Shown here one piece after another: positions 38,483 through 50,533 of a DNA stretch of 64,000 bases (its first letter is position 1; each line of letters begins with the position of its first letter). Where the stretch lies: contig MCFE01000305.1 of assembly GCA_002104905.1 (NCBI GenBank), positions 1 through 64,000 of the forward strand. The letters are read 5' to 3'. Below the pieces are notes generated by a model. That model was given only the letters and a program-made list of their open reading frames with translations. It was not told where the DNA came from and made no database searches. This stretch comes from Basidiobolus meristosporus CBS 931.73. Taxonomy: Eukaryota > Fungi > Basidiobolomycota. Both the position numbers and the translations under genes were made by a program.

Positions 38483-41400
38483 TGTTGAAATATTGGACTA
38501 TTTGGTATCATTCAGCAGCTAAAAATTTACTTAACAATTCTAGGCTAGTCTTAGCCACTGTAGGACTCATTTACTGCCTTAACTTTGCCACTTTCTCCAG
38601 ATATATGATCTTATGATTATTCCCTTATAGTCAGGATCAAATTAGCACTATTACCAAACATTATGTACTAACCCTGAAACTGTTGCAGAATGCTCCTGAA
38701 TATTGAGAAACCCTCCCTACTTAGTGTTGCAGCTGTATTACTTCTACAAAGGTATAAATACTGAGCTTCTTTATGAATAAACAACAGTTCAACTATTATC
38801 ACTATTTCTTGATAAGTTCCTTATATCCAAATCACTTCTTAAATTGCAACAGGCTATGAGCCCTGATTGCCTTAATCTATTCTAAAGATGACTTCTACCA
38901 GCAAACAAAGCAATACCAACAACTTCCCTGTAAAGGAGAGGTTTGATGGGAAGTACTACAGACTTTGGAGAATCAAGATGCAGATCCACCTTGAGGAAAA
39001 AAAGCTTTGGAACATAGTAACAGGAAAGGAAGTTGAGCCCAAAGGAAGAGCAGAAGATGTGGAGAAGTTTCAAGAGAAGGAGAGAAAGGCCTTCAATGCA
39101 ATATGCATCAATGTGCAAGACTCCTTCATTGGACAAATCCATGCCTCAAATACTGCCAAAGCAGCATGGGAATCCTTAGAGAAGATCTTTAGAGCAAAGT
39201 CAGTATCAAGCAAGCTTTATCTGAAACAAAAGTTCTTCAACATGAGAAAAAAGCCAGATGATGACATGCTACAACTCATTACCAGAATGGAGACACTTGC
39301 AGAAGAACTTTACAGTATTAATGCTGGTGTAGATGATGAAGAAAAGGTACTCTGTCTGCTTTGCAGCCTACCAGACGAGTATGAGCCACTCATACTTTCT
39401 TTTGAAAGCAGAGAAGACAACTAGACTTTAGACTATGTCAAAGGAAGACTTCTCCATGAAGAACTCAGACATAATGATCAAGCAGAGAAAATTGAGGATA
39501 ATCCTTTATTCAGTTCAGAAAGGCATACAGAAAAGAAGGGAAAGCAACAAAACCGAAGAAAACCTGGCTGCTGTAACTACTGTAAGAAGCCAGGACACTG
39601 GGCAAGAGAATGCCAGAAGAAACAAGCAGACAAAAAACAGAAACTAGAGCAGGCAAACCATATAACTACTGATGAACAGTTATTTGTAACTGTACAAGAG
39701 AGTGCAAGTAACCAAAGTAATGAATGGTATATTGACTCTGGAGCATCACGGCATATTTGTGGTATAAAGGATTGGTTCAGCAACTTAAAGACTATTCCCG
39801 TAAGAAAGGTTTATCTGGGAGATAACTCTGCATTGGAAGCTACTGCCAGTGGGTCTATACAACTAAATATGAGTGATAACTCAGGGGCAACAACAGCAAA
39901 ACTGACTGACGTACTCTATGTACCTGGAATAGCAAAGAACCTACTCTCAGTCAGTAAAGCAACCACTCAGGGACTGAAATTCATTTTTACTAAGCTGAGA
40001 TGCTCAATATTGAGTGAAAATGAACAAAAATTAGCTTTGGGAATCAGAGATCACAATATATACAAGTTACAATGCAAGATCATTGTACCTGAGTATGTCA
40101 GCATTACTGAAACTGATGAAACCAACTGGGAGACATGGCATAGGAGGCTAGGACACATAGGGGAAAAGAAAATGAGCCAATTGGTGAAAAACCAGCTTGT
40201 TTTGGGCCAAAAATACTCAATTTCAATCAAATTGAATGTTTGTAAGGGATGTTCATATGGCAAACAAGCTAGGCAATGTTTCAAGAGCTCAGAAGGCATC
40301 AATACTACCAAAATATTGGCTATTGTACACTCAGACATATGTGGCCCCATGAGAACACTGTCCTTTGGAGCCAAGAGATACTTTATGACGTATATTGATG
40401 ACAAGACAAGATATACAGGGGTATACTTCATCAAAACAAAGGATGAAGCTTTAGAGACGTTTAAGCACTTCAAGAACATGGTAGAAACACAAACTGGGTG
40501 TAAATTGAAGGTACTACAAAGTGACAATGGTGGAGAATACTGCTCAAAGGAGTTTGCAAAATACTGCTTGTCTACTGGTATACTTCTACAGACCACAGTT
40601 CTTCATACTCCACAGCAAAATGGAGTAGCAGAACGTGCAAATAGAACAATAGTAGAGATGGAAAGATCTATGCTACATGATAAGGGAATGCACTACAAGT
40701 TTTGGGCTGAATCTGTTGCTACCGCCGTATACATCAAGAACAGATGCCCAACAACAGCACTTTGTGATTCTACACCCTTTGAAGCATATACAGGCAAAAA
40801 ACCAGATCTCCAGCACCTCAGGAACTTTGGCAGTGATGTTTTTTATCACATCCCTGACAAAAAACGCTCAAAGTTGGAACCAAAGAGTAGGAAAGGGATC
40901 TTTTTGGGTATTGTGAAGACACTAAAGGGTATAGAGTGTATGATGGCAAAATTCAGAAGCTGATCAAGAGCAGGGACGTTGTATTTGAGGAGAATTCAGA
41001 TCAGAAAGCCACGGAAATTATTGGCCAGCTGCCTGATGATGCAATCAACACAAATGAAGAAGATACATACCAAATCCAGCCAGAGATGGAAGATACTTCT
41101 ACCAGTTCCAGATCAGAACAGATTATCCCAGTTAGGAGATCTACAAGAATAAGAAATGCCCCTGGATCCTGGTGGCAGACATCCAATGATCATGAAGAAG
41201 CTTATCTTGCCTTATGTGCCAAACCTCAGAATCTGGAACAGGCAATGCAAGGTCCAGATGCTACTAAGTGGCAACAAGCCATGCAGGAGGAGTACCAATC
41301 ACTGATCAAGGCAAAAACGTGGGAACTGGTAGATTTACGAAATGGGAGAAAGCCAATAGGATGTAGATGGGTCTACAAGATCAAGATAACTTCAAATGGT

Positions 41401-42204
41401 GCCGTTGATAAGTACAAGGCTAGATTGGTAGCTAAAGGCTATTCCCAGATCTAGGGACTAGACTTTAAGGAAACAGTTGCTCCGGTTGCCAAGTTTAACT
41501 CTATTAGGACAGTTCTAGCCCTGGCAGCTGTACACAGTCTAGATCTACACCAAATGGATGTCAAAACAGCCTTTCTAAATGGGGATTTGCAAGAAACTAT
41601 ATATATGGAGCAACCAGAAGGTTTTACCAATCCAAAAGGCCCCCATAAGGTGTGCAAACTTAGAAGATTGTTGTATGGGCTTAAGCAGGCACCCAGTGCA
41701 TGGTATAACAAGATTGACACATACCTAGAGGAAATTGGGTTTTCTTGTAGCACTGCAGATCACAGTATATATGTGAAACAGCTCAAAAAGGGTGTGATCA
41801 TCCTAGTTCTTTATGTGGATGACCTAATTATAGCTACAAGTGATCAAGAGGCACTTAAACAGACGAAATCAGATCTCTTCAGCAAGTTTGAGATGAAAGA
41901 TCTTGGAAAATTGAGCTATTTTCTTGGAATTGAGGTCAAATTTGACATACCTACGCAGAAAATTGTGCTGAATCAGTCTAAGTACATCAGGGACATTCTT
42001 AGATGCTTCAAAATGGAAAATTGCAGGCCTGCAGCAACCCCTATGGACAATAACCTGAAATTAAGCAAGTCTCAGCCAGTTATGGATGAAAACAACTCAA
42101 ATATGGACCAAAACTTTCCCTATCAATCAATGGTTGGTAGCCTAATGTACTTGATGGTGTCTACATGTCCAGATATTGCAGTAGCAGTTGGAATAGTCAA
42201 TCAA
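38483..42204 (+). mobile_element. Copia family A1 element (copia-2), 3'-truncated within RT
   Basis: LTR 38483-38851; PBS GGCTATGAGCCC; gag from 38888. Near-identical to copia-1. Frameshift near 40905, stops at 39422 and 41452. Similarity ends at ~42204. Confidence 0.95.
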
Positions 42205-43450
42205 AATTGCCCCATCTATATCCATTCTCTACTCCATCTTGCATGGTGTGTGCAGAATGTTGGGCCTTGCTTCACCTTTTGGGAGTTTCCTATGGAATAA
42301 ATGTGTGGGGAGAGAGGAAAACAAGTCAGGTTGCAGGTGCCACCATATCCCAATCTCATCAAGAATATTACCTCTAAGTCAATCATGGATGTGATGAGTT
42401 GGTATATGGACAACAGCCAGGAAGTGTTGGAAAATACTGAGGACAAATGTGCACATGGAGACACCTATGCCTATGGCATTAAGAAGCTAAGCAGCCACAA
42501 TGCATAGGTAATCAGTTGGGTAATGCAAAGTTGAGTTGGGTGCAACAAGCAACTGATTTCTATTAGGAAAACTCTACTAATATATGCTAGATTTTTCTTG
42601 GTCACAAGCCAATTTATACACCATTCAAGACAGAATTCACACAAACAAGAGCCAGAGTGCACCTACAAGGGGGACTAGAATCCAGCAGGGAAAAGGAATA
42701 TATTGGCTAAATACCAAGAAGTTCTTAGCAGATATTCAGGAGGTTTTCATGGCAGAAGTGGCAACAACCAAGCATATGTTTGCAAGAAGTAAATGTTACC
42801 AGCAATACAAGGTATATGTCAACTTTGCAAGTATCACACTCAAAAGCTGTAAAGTTGAGGTGATAGAAGTATGTCAATTGCAGCAGGTGTGTGTGTTTGT
42901 GGAGGTTAGTAAGCAGGAGACCATAGTTTTTTTATTCAAACTATATGTGGACTATACAAGGTATTAGTGTGTAAGCAAATAAAGAGGAGCAATTCTACAG
43001 CTGAATATATGAATTGCACAAGGGGAGGTAGAAAAAGGAAATGCCATCTGGTAAATTAGTATGGCAGCATTATACAAAACCAACTGTAGGCCACCATACT
43101 TCCATAATAATGCTATCAGAGTCTTGCTGTGAGGCTGTTGAGATACCATCAAGTTTCTGCCATATAAGGCAATTGGATGTCCTGGCTGGTTGGATCCACT
43201 TAAAGTAGCTGCAAAGTGCAAGAAGACCTCAACAATACCATGCAACTATTGTCACAGCACCAATGAAATTTTGTAAGTTTTGTCACTTTATTTGGTAGTG
43301 AGATTAGCAAAATGCTGTTGTGATCCCATCATAAGATTGTTAATAGGGTCACTAGCTCCAAGCTGCTGGTACTATGATGGTCTCTGAATGGGATCCTGAT
43401 GGCTGATCCAGATCAGATCCACTCATTGGACCAAAATATATTTCATAGGG

Positions 43451-45345
43451 ATCCTTGAAGCCATTGCATGCAATGATGAAGAGTGGACAAATGCTCCAGA
43501 AGCAGTTAGAAGTCTAGCACTGCAACACCTGAAGGTAAGCACACCTGGGACCATCAAGAACTCAAGGCAAAGCAGAATGCACTTAGCCTGTTCTAGGAGC
43601 ATTATCTTGTATTCAAGTGTGCCAATGAATTTTGAGCCAGAATGGGAACACTAAGAAAGTATCTCAATAATAGCAGAAGCTGTCAAAGGTCAATGAACAA
43701 TGATGCAATGGCTAAGACTCAGCAGCTTCCTCAAGAATGTGTTACAGGCTGGGCTGAATGCTCCAATCAAGTGGCAAAGAAACATCAGGTAGCCAGAAGA
43801 GTTCTAATGAGGGACAGTCAGGCTAGAACAGATGCACCAGTGAAGTACTTATTAAGTAGAAGATGTAGTTTAATACAAGAAGCACTAAGTCTCATTAGTA
43901 GGCAAGGACCTGATAGTGACAAAAACCTGTAGCTTCTCAGGAGCCCATCACCAGCAGGGCTGATAGCTCCAAGCAATCAGCAAAAAGATGTCAGGTTCCT
44001 GTCAGAGTGATGGCTAGGGAGAAGCAGGCAAAAATGGATGCACTAGTGCAGCATTCATCTAGGAGAAAACAATGTACAATACAAGAACCATTTGGTCACA
44101 ATAGCAGTGAAGGATCTCACAGTGATAAAAACCTACTGCTTTCTGTGGGGCCCATCACAAGCAGGGCTGATAGCTCAAGCAAGCAGCAAAGAAATGTCAG
44201 GTTACCAGGAGAGTGCTAACAAGGGCAAGCAGGCAGCAATGGATACACCATTGCAGCATTAACCAAAGAGAAAATGTTCTCAATCTAAGTGGCAGTGAAA
44301 GATTTGGCAGGGAAGAAGGAGAGGTATGGAAAAAAGGTCTTCTCATGCCAGAGAGAGGAAAGTGTCAGAAGAAAAGCTGCAGTGCTCACCAATTTAGGCT
44401 GTCAGCCCAGAACTTGCTGAACCCCATCATAGTCAAGGAGAATTGCTACCAAGAAAGCAGCTGATTTTTCAAGAGTTGGAAGTGCAGTAAGCTGAGCTAC
44501 CCTCAAGTGAGGTAGATGAGTTTGCAGAGAAAGGCAATTTCTCTACCACTGCCTTCATGTCTACCATTGTAGTCAGAGTAGATATCCAGATGATTGACAA
44601 AGCAACATCATAAAGAACCCAAAAGACTATCACAACTCCTACAGTGGAGCTTTTTAACATTGATAGGTATACATAGAGGCTGCAGCACTTCTTCAAGAAC
44701 AGTGATTGGGAAAATGCACCTGACTATTGCAAGAATATATTGCAGAGACTGGCTGATGAGGTGCTAGACCCTGTAGTGCTGGCTGAAGACCAGGACACAT
44801 AGGAACCTGAGAATGGGCAGTGGCAAAAAGCTGCAGGATGGCTGCCAAAGACATGTAAAAAGGACATTGCAGCAGATATACTCATTGAGTGGTAGTTTTT
44901 ATGGAGTTATTTATTGAGTGTGGGGCTGAGCTTAGTGTTAGTGCTGGGTACAGGGACTTATATTGGTTACTACAACTGACAATGAATGTACAATTGAAAT
45001 CTCAACAGAAATAAGTTAATTTGAATGAATGAGATGTAAGAGAGCTGGTCAGGTCAGGAAGTAAGGAATGTGAAAAAGAGGCATTAGCCAATCATTGTAC
45101 ACAAACATAGGAGGTGATTGAGTGTCTGAAATCAGTAAGTGAGAGAGCTGGCAGCAGAAAAATCAACAGCCACTCATGTATTGTTATCATGAAAAGTGTT
45201 GACTAAGTTTTTTGAGAAATACAAGATGCAATTATTTAGCCACAGTTGTTGCAGAGTGTTCTGATAGTATTAATACCTCTTAGTCACAGGACTTTAATTT
45301 AGTGGGAGTCTTTTAATAGAATCATCATAGTTATTTTTCATAGGG
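43451..45345 (-). mobile_element. CACTA copy D, reverse-oriented left half (ORF2 region)
   Basis: Ends tttttcataggg at 45345 (CCCTATGAAAAA on the minus strand). Reverse complement of the 35290-36900 region. Confidence 0.75.
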
Positions 45346-45895
45346 CTTGGCCTTGAGTTCCTGATGGTCTCACGGTATTCTGGCCTTAAGGTGATGGTGT
45401 GATAGACTTTTTAAAGCCTCTCTAATATAAGCCCACTCTTCATTATTGTACTTGTGTATCTGCCATGTCTCAGATACATGACTGTCTTAAGTTCAGATGA
45501 GTGATGGCAAAACAGTGATAAAATAGTGCTGCATTGTTGAGTGTCAGGCTGTTTGCCCCATAGAGGAGACTACTGGGATGCAATGCCGTAGGAGAAGTGA
45601 AAAAAGCATAGGTGTATATTTTGACAAGCCTCACAGCCATTAAACATGCAGATAGCATAGGAAGTATTACAAGCATCACAGCTGGTGTTTTGCAGCTCAA
45701 GTCTTATTTGACCATTCATCAGTGTCTACTGCACCAACAATATCTTGCCAGCCACATTGTACATCTATCACAGTATCTTACAGTATTTGTCACCTTACAC
45801 AGACTGAGACAGGTGAGTTTGCTGCGCCTTTAGGCTTGCCACAGTTTCTGAATATGGCATGTAGAGCAATAGCTCTGAAGAAGTTGGCTCACAAA
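45346..45895 (+). mobile_element. Forward CACTA fragments (ORF2 piece joined to the Tnp2 5' region)
   Basis: Matches 9655-9765 and then 26170-26600. Confidence 0.6.
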
Positions 45896-46205
45896 TGGAT
45901 TTTGCTACTATCCCTGTGGTAATGGAAAGTATTCCAATACTACATATCTCAAAACCAAGATTGCACTCGTTTCTTTATTTTGCTTTTTGCTATTGTAATG
46001 CACAAGTGAAAGATCAAGAATTTCCAACTTTGAAGAACAAATGCTCTAGACCCTTAGAAGAAATCCACCCAAAAATATTATGTCATGCAGAACACTGAGT
46101 AGTCAACACATATTTCAAATTACAGCTCATTTGAAGCAGTACTTGCGGAGGTACAATCAAAAGAGTCCAATTATCATGCGTACAAGGCCTCTATTGCTAG
46201 GATTA

Positions 46206-46573
46206 TGTTACAACTTAAGAAGTGATTTGGATACAAGGAACTTATCAGCAAATAGTGATAATAGTTGAACTGTTGTTTATTAATAAAGAAGCTCAGTATT
46301 TATATCTTTGTAGAAGTAATACAGCTGTAACACTAAGTAAGGAGGGTTTCTCAATATTCAGGAGCATTCTGTAGCAGTTTAAGGGTTAGTACATAATAGT
46401 TAGTATTAGTGCTATTTTGATCCTGGCTATAGGGGAAAAATCATAAGATATAGATCTGAAGAAAGTGGCAAAGTTAGAGCTGTAAATTAGTCTTACAGTA
46501 ACCAAGACTAGTCTGGAATTGTTATGTAAATTTTTAGCTGCAGAGTGATACCAAATAGTCCAATATTTCAACA
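46206..46573 (-). mobile_element. Solo LTR, copia family A2, 368 bp
   Basis: Perfect GATTA TSD. The empty site is visible in the module M paralog near 2805 (gctagaattactatgg). Confidence 0.95.
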
Positions 46574-46604
46574 GATTACTATGGCAACTTTGATTGCATA
46601 TAAC

Positions 46605-49600
46605 TGTTGAAATATTAGAGAGATATATTGGAAGTGAATTGGAGAATTAGAAGATTTACATGATATTCACTTGATGTTTTATTGAGTTGCAACACAGTAT
46701 TTATACTTATTGCAGAACTACGTAAATGCAACTATTTGGTCATTATTAGGGGAGTCTCAGGAGTACATGTGCCAAGTTTCGGCGCATTTGGACAAGTTTC
46801 AGATTTTCCTAAAATTCTGTACTTCTCTAATTCCTAATAATTAGTAAATATCTTACGAACTAATTTTCATGTTGATAATCTAAGATATATCATTTCACTA
46901 AGTGCTAGTTCATAATATATTAATAATTAGGTGGACTCCTAATTATTTCAACACTCCCACTCACATAATATATTCATATACTTATGAACTTGCTGTGGTG
47001 TTGTGTATCTTGCGGTTGAAATTAAACCTGCAATCAACCATCTAACCTATTGGACTAATGTATTCTCCAATATATGTTAAGGATTGCATATTATCTGTAA
47101 TAACCAAGTATAAGTTCATACTGTTAATTACATACTTCAGATCAAACTGCTTTGAGTCTGAATTCTGATTTCATCACAAATATCTATGAATGAGTATCAT
47201 CCATTTGATCGGAGTAAAACTTTTCATATACTGATCAAATCCCGGCATAGTATGTATCATCAGAGAGCTGCGTTCTCAGGCTATCTGCTGTTTCTTATTT
47301 GAGTAAGATTGGTCAATAATTGGCAAAGTTAGGATGTGTTCTTCTCTCCAGTAGATCTGGATCATCCACAGTTCCGGTCTATAGTCTAATTCACTTAGAC
47401 TATCCTCCATATATCCATAACTGGATCTGGATAGTAACTTTCCTCATATACTCCATATATGATCTGCTGAGACCAACAATTGGTCAGCATTGTAGTGGCC
47501 TTATTCTTCACCAGTTGACCAAGTATTTCCTCTTCCGGACTAGTGCCTTCAATAGTATCTAGCTTAGCTTTTCTTCATTCCTGATCTGGGATATTGTACT
47601 CCCACTGAAGCTACGTCTTCTGGTGCTTCCTGCCTTCTAAAATTGACTCAGATAGATCATATATATCCTTCTGATCTAGGCATAACTTTCTTGGACTGAT
47701 ATTGCAGTTACGGTATTGAGATCTTCCCTTTACATCTTGATAGGCTTGATTTGGTATCACAAGATACCACAGCCTGATTGGCAGCTATTCATAGAGGTTT
47801 CATCCTAAACAGGATAGATATGGTCTCATATATACTGTTGCGCTTTAAACAGTACAACCTGATCTGGCACTTTCTAATTGCGTAAATCTACCATAACAGC
47901 TCTGATAAGTCACTGTTACTTCTGATAGAATTTTCCAGCATAGAGCTCGGTTGACAGTGCAAATAGACAAGTCCATGATCTTCTGGACCCATTATAACCC
48001 TTAGGTGGGCCCTTGGTACCACTTCTCTAGCTCCAACTGTAAGTAAGTTGACTTCATTGCTCACCGTAATTGTGATGTTGCCTCTGAGTACGTAGGTTCT
48101 CTTGGACTGCTTTGCTGCTTTCCTTAGCAACAATACTCCACTATCCTTGTGTGGTAGGATAACTGGATCAAATCTAGTATGCTAGATAGTCCAAATCTGG
48201 CTTAGGTGTCACCTAACTCCATTTAGAAACTGATAACTTATTGGCGGTAGGTTTTTGTTCCATATCTGGTCTTAAAGATGCTGGTTGCTGGAATTTCCTT
48301 ATTGATCTAGATCTGGACCATGCAGGTAGCATATCCACGGTTTGTTAGATCTCCCAGAGTGTTCAGGAACCTCCTGTCTTCAAAACATATCTATTCTGAG
48401 ATGTTTCAACCAAATTGGTCATCCATTTGGATCTGGCATAACTTTTCACAGGCTTGATCAAATTTGATCAAATAAACTTCCTTAAAGAGCCATTTCTCTC
48501 AGCATCTCGGTGGCAGATATCATTTTTGCAGTTTGGCCCGTAGCTGGGAGCTGCAAGTAACTTGATCTGATCATAATAGCATGATTAACATCTGATCCAT
48601 GTTAATATAAATGATCCTTCATCACTGTATGTATGTGATATATGTACTAGCGTAGGGCAACTAGTACACTCCTTGATAGTACTTCATGCATATTCTCTAG
48701 TGTATACAGAGACTATAAGCATATACTTTGGTCAAGGTCTCCGGTAGCACTTTTCTTGATGGCGGTAGAAATTCCATGCTTCAACATATATGGATATATC
48801 TCCTCCCACTGTTCCTGATACTTGATGTAGACATGTAGCTTGTCTAATAAGTGTCTCACAGGGCCTCAGGATCATTGGTACTGGAAATAGTACCACTGAT
48901 ATATCATGCGTACCACTCCTAAGTTGGCATGTCTGAGATCACTGATCTTCGGCCAAATATATAGGTATTGTATATCATTTTGATCCTCAGAGTTTGGGCA
49001 AGCTGATCCATATATTCGTCTGCATATCCAACTCCAAACTAGGGCAGCAGGCGGCATCAAAGTATTTGCGCATCATTTCATTTCAAGTGGCTACAGACTT
49101 ATGTAAATTCACTGCAGCAATGTGGGCACTTCATTGACTGAAATAGTCTAATGTAAACCCAGGTATATGTGGATCATCAACATAGCTCCTTTATGTTGTG
49201 ATAATAAGGATCATAGCACTAATACATATATCATGTAATATGCCCCTTATTGATCTGGACTCCTTGCTGGGATTACGCATTTTCTCAAAGCTTCATCCTT
49301 CTGCAGATTTCATAATTTGAAAACTGTCCAACATGACCTCCTTGACATATGACCTTTTTCTTTGCTTAGTGTCTTCTTTAAGGGCAAAGGCCTCTTTCTC
49401 CAAAACAATATATCCCATCTAGCAGTTCTTTGCAGCGGTAGTACTTTTTCTGTCTTTTGTAACTTCAGGTAGACCAGGCAGTCTTTCTCCAGAATAAAGA
49501 CACAGCACTAGAGCAAAGTGGATAACTAAGATAAAGCAAGCTCGGGGCTCATAACCTGTTGAAATATTAGAGAGATATATTGGAAGTGAATTGGAGAATT

Positions 49601-49905
49601 AGAAGATTTACATGATATTCACTTGATGTTTTATTGAGTTGCAACACAGTATTTATACTTATTGCAGAACTACGTAAATGCAACTATTTGGTCATTATTA
49701 GGGGAGTCTCAGGAGTACATGTGCCAAGTTTCGGCTCATTTGGACAAGTTTCAGATTTTCCTAAAATTCTGTACTTCTCTAATTCCTAATAATTAGTAAA
49801 TATCTTACAAACTAATTTTCATGTTGATAATCTAAAATATATCATTTCACTAAGTGCTAGTTCATAATATATTAATAATTAGGTGGACTCCTAATGATTT
49901 CAACA
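46605..49905 (-). mobile_element. Young non-autonomous copia-derived LTR element (family B), 3.3 kb
   Basis: 349-bp LTRs 46605-46953 and 49557-49905 with 4 differences. Perfect ATAAC TSD. PBS GGTTATGAGCCCCGAG; PPT TGAGTGGGAG. No internal ORF >81 aa; only faint gag (FTLDY) and RNase H (SKQFDLKY) traces. Confidence 0.93.
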
Positions 49906-50269
49906 ATAACTTTTGAACTGGCCAATCAAATCACGCAAAATATTCACAGGCACTGCACCTATGTCTGATCTAGGCCACTGCAAGATTGTAGCTTTGCATC
50001 ACATGTATTGCTTGCACAATCACCTAAAAACTTTGATCCTTCAGAGTTTTCATATATATGACTTCCCCAGCTGAAAAATACAAGAGAACCTCTCTTTCCA
50101 GAATCTCCACACTACAATTACAAATATAAAAGCTATAAGACTTCCCCTGCATTACTTGCACTGTTGAGTATTCTGACTTTGACTGATACTACATCAGTAA
50201 AGAGACTGCAAAGCTCACAAGAATACAATCTAAGTTCTACAAGAAAACTGCCACTTTTGTGTTGGAAAA

Positions 50270-50420
50270 GTCCCCTCTAACAAACCCCTTTACTTTAAAG
50301 ACACCCCTTTACACACCCCTTTAGAAACCCCTGTACTCTAAAGACACCCCTTTAGAGACCCCTTTACTCTAATGAAGCCCCTTTAGAGACTTCTGCACCA
50401 CAACCCTTTAGGTTAAAGGG
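50270..50420 (+). repeat. Second CCCCTTTA array (12- and 19-bp spacing) with terminal hairpin
   Basis: CCCC runs start at 50285, 50304, 50316, 50328, 50347, 50359, 50378. Ends ccctttaggttaaagggg. Confidence 0.85.
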
Positions 50421-50533
50421 GAGTTCATGATTTCTATATTAGGAAATATTTTCTCAGAGAGGAAAGTGACTCCCAAATAAGGAAAAGTTATTATAAAAGT
50501 TCATTAGCCCATTAGCTGACAGAAGATCAGATC

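Larger units (their letters stand above)
35287..43450 (+). mobile_element. CACTA/CMC transposon copy C, Tnp2 core replaced by copia sequence
   Basis: Left end cccatatgaaaaa; right end tatatttcataggg (reverse complement CCCTATGAAATAT). Colinear with copies A and B outside 38085-42204. Confidence 0.8.

Noticed and set aside
18150-46578. All four family A target sites end in C on the element strand
   Set aside because: n=4 is too few to claim a sequence preference.
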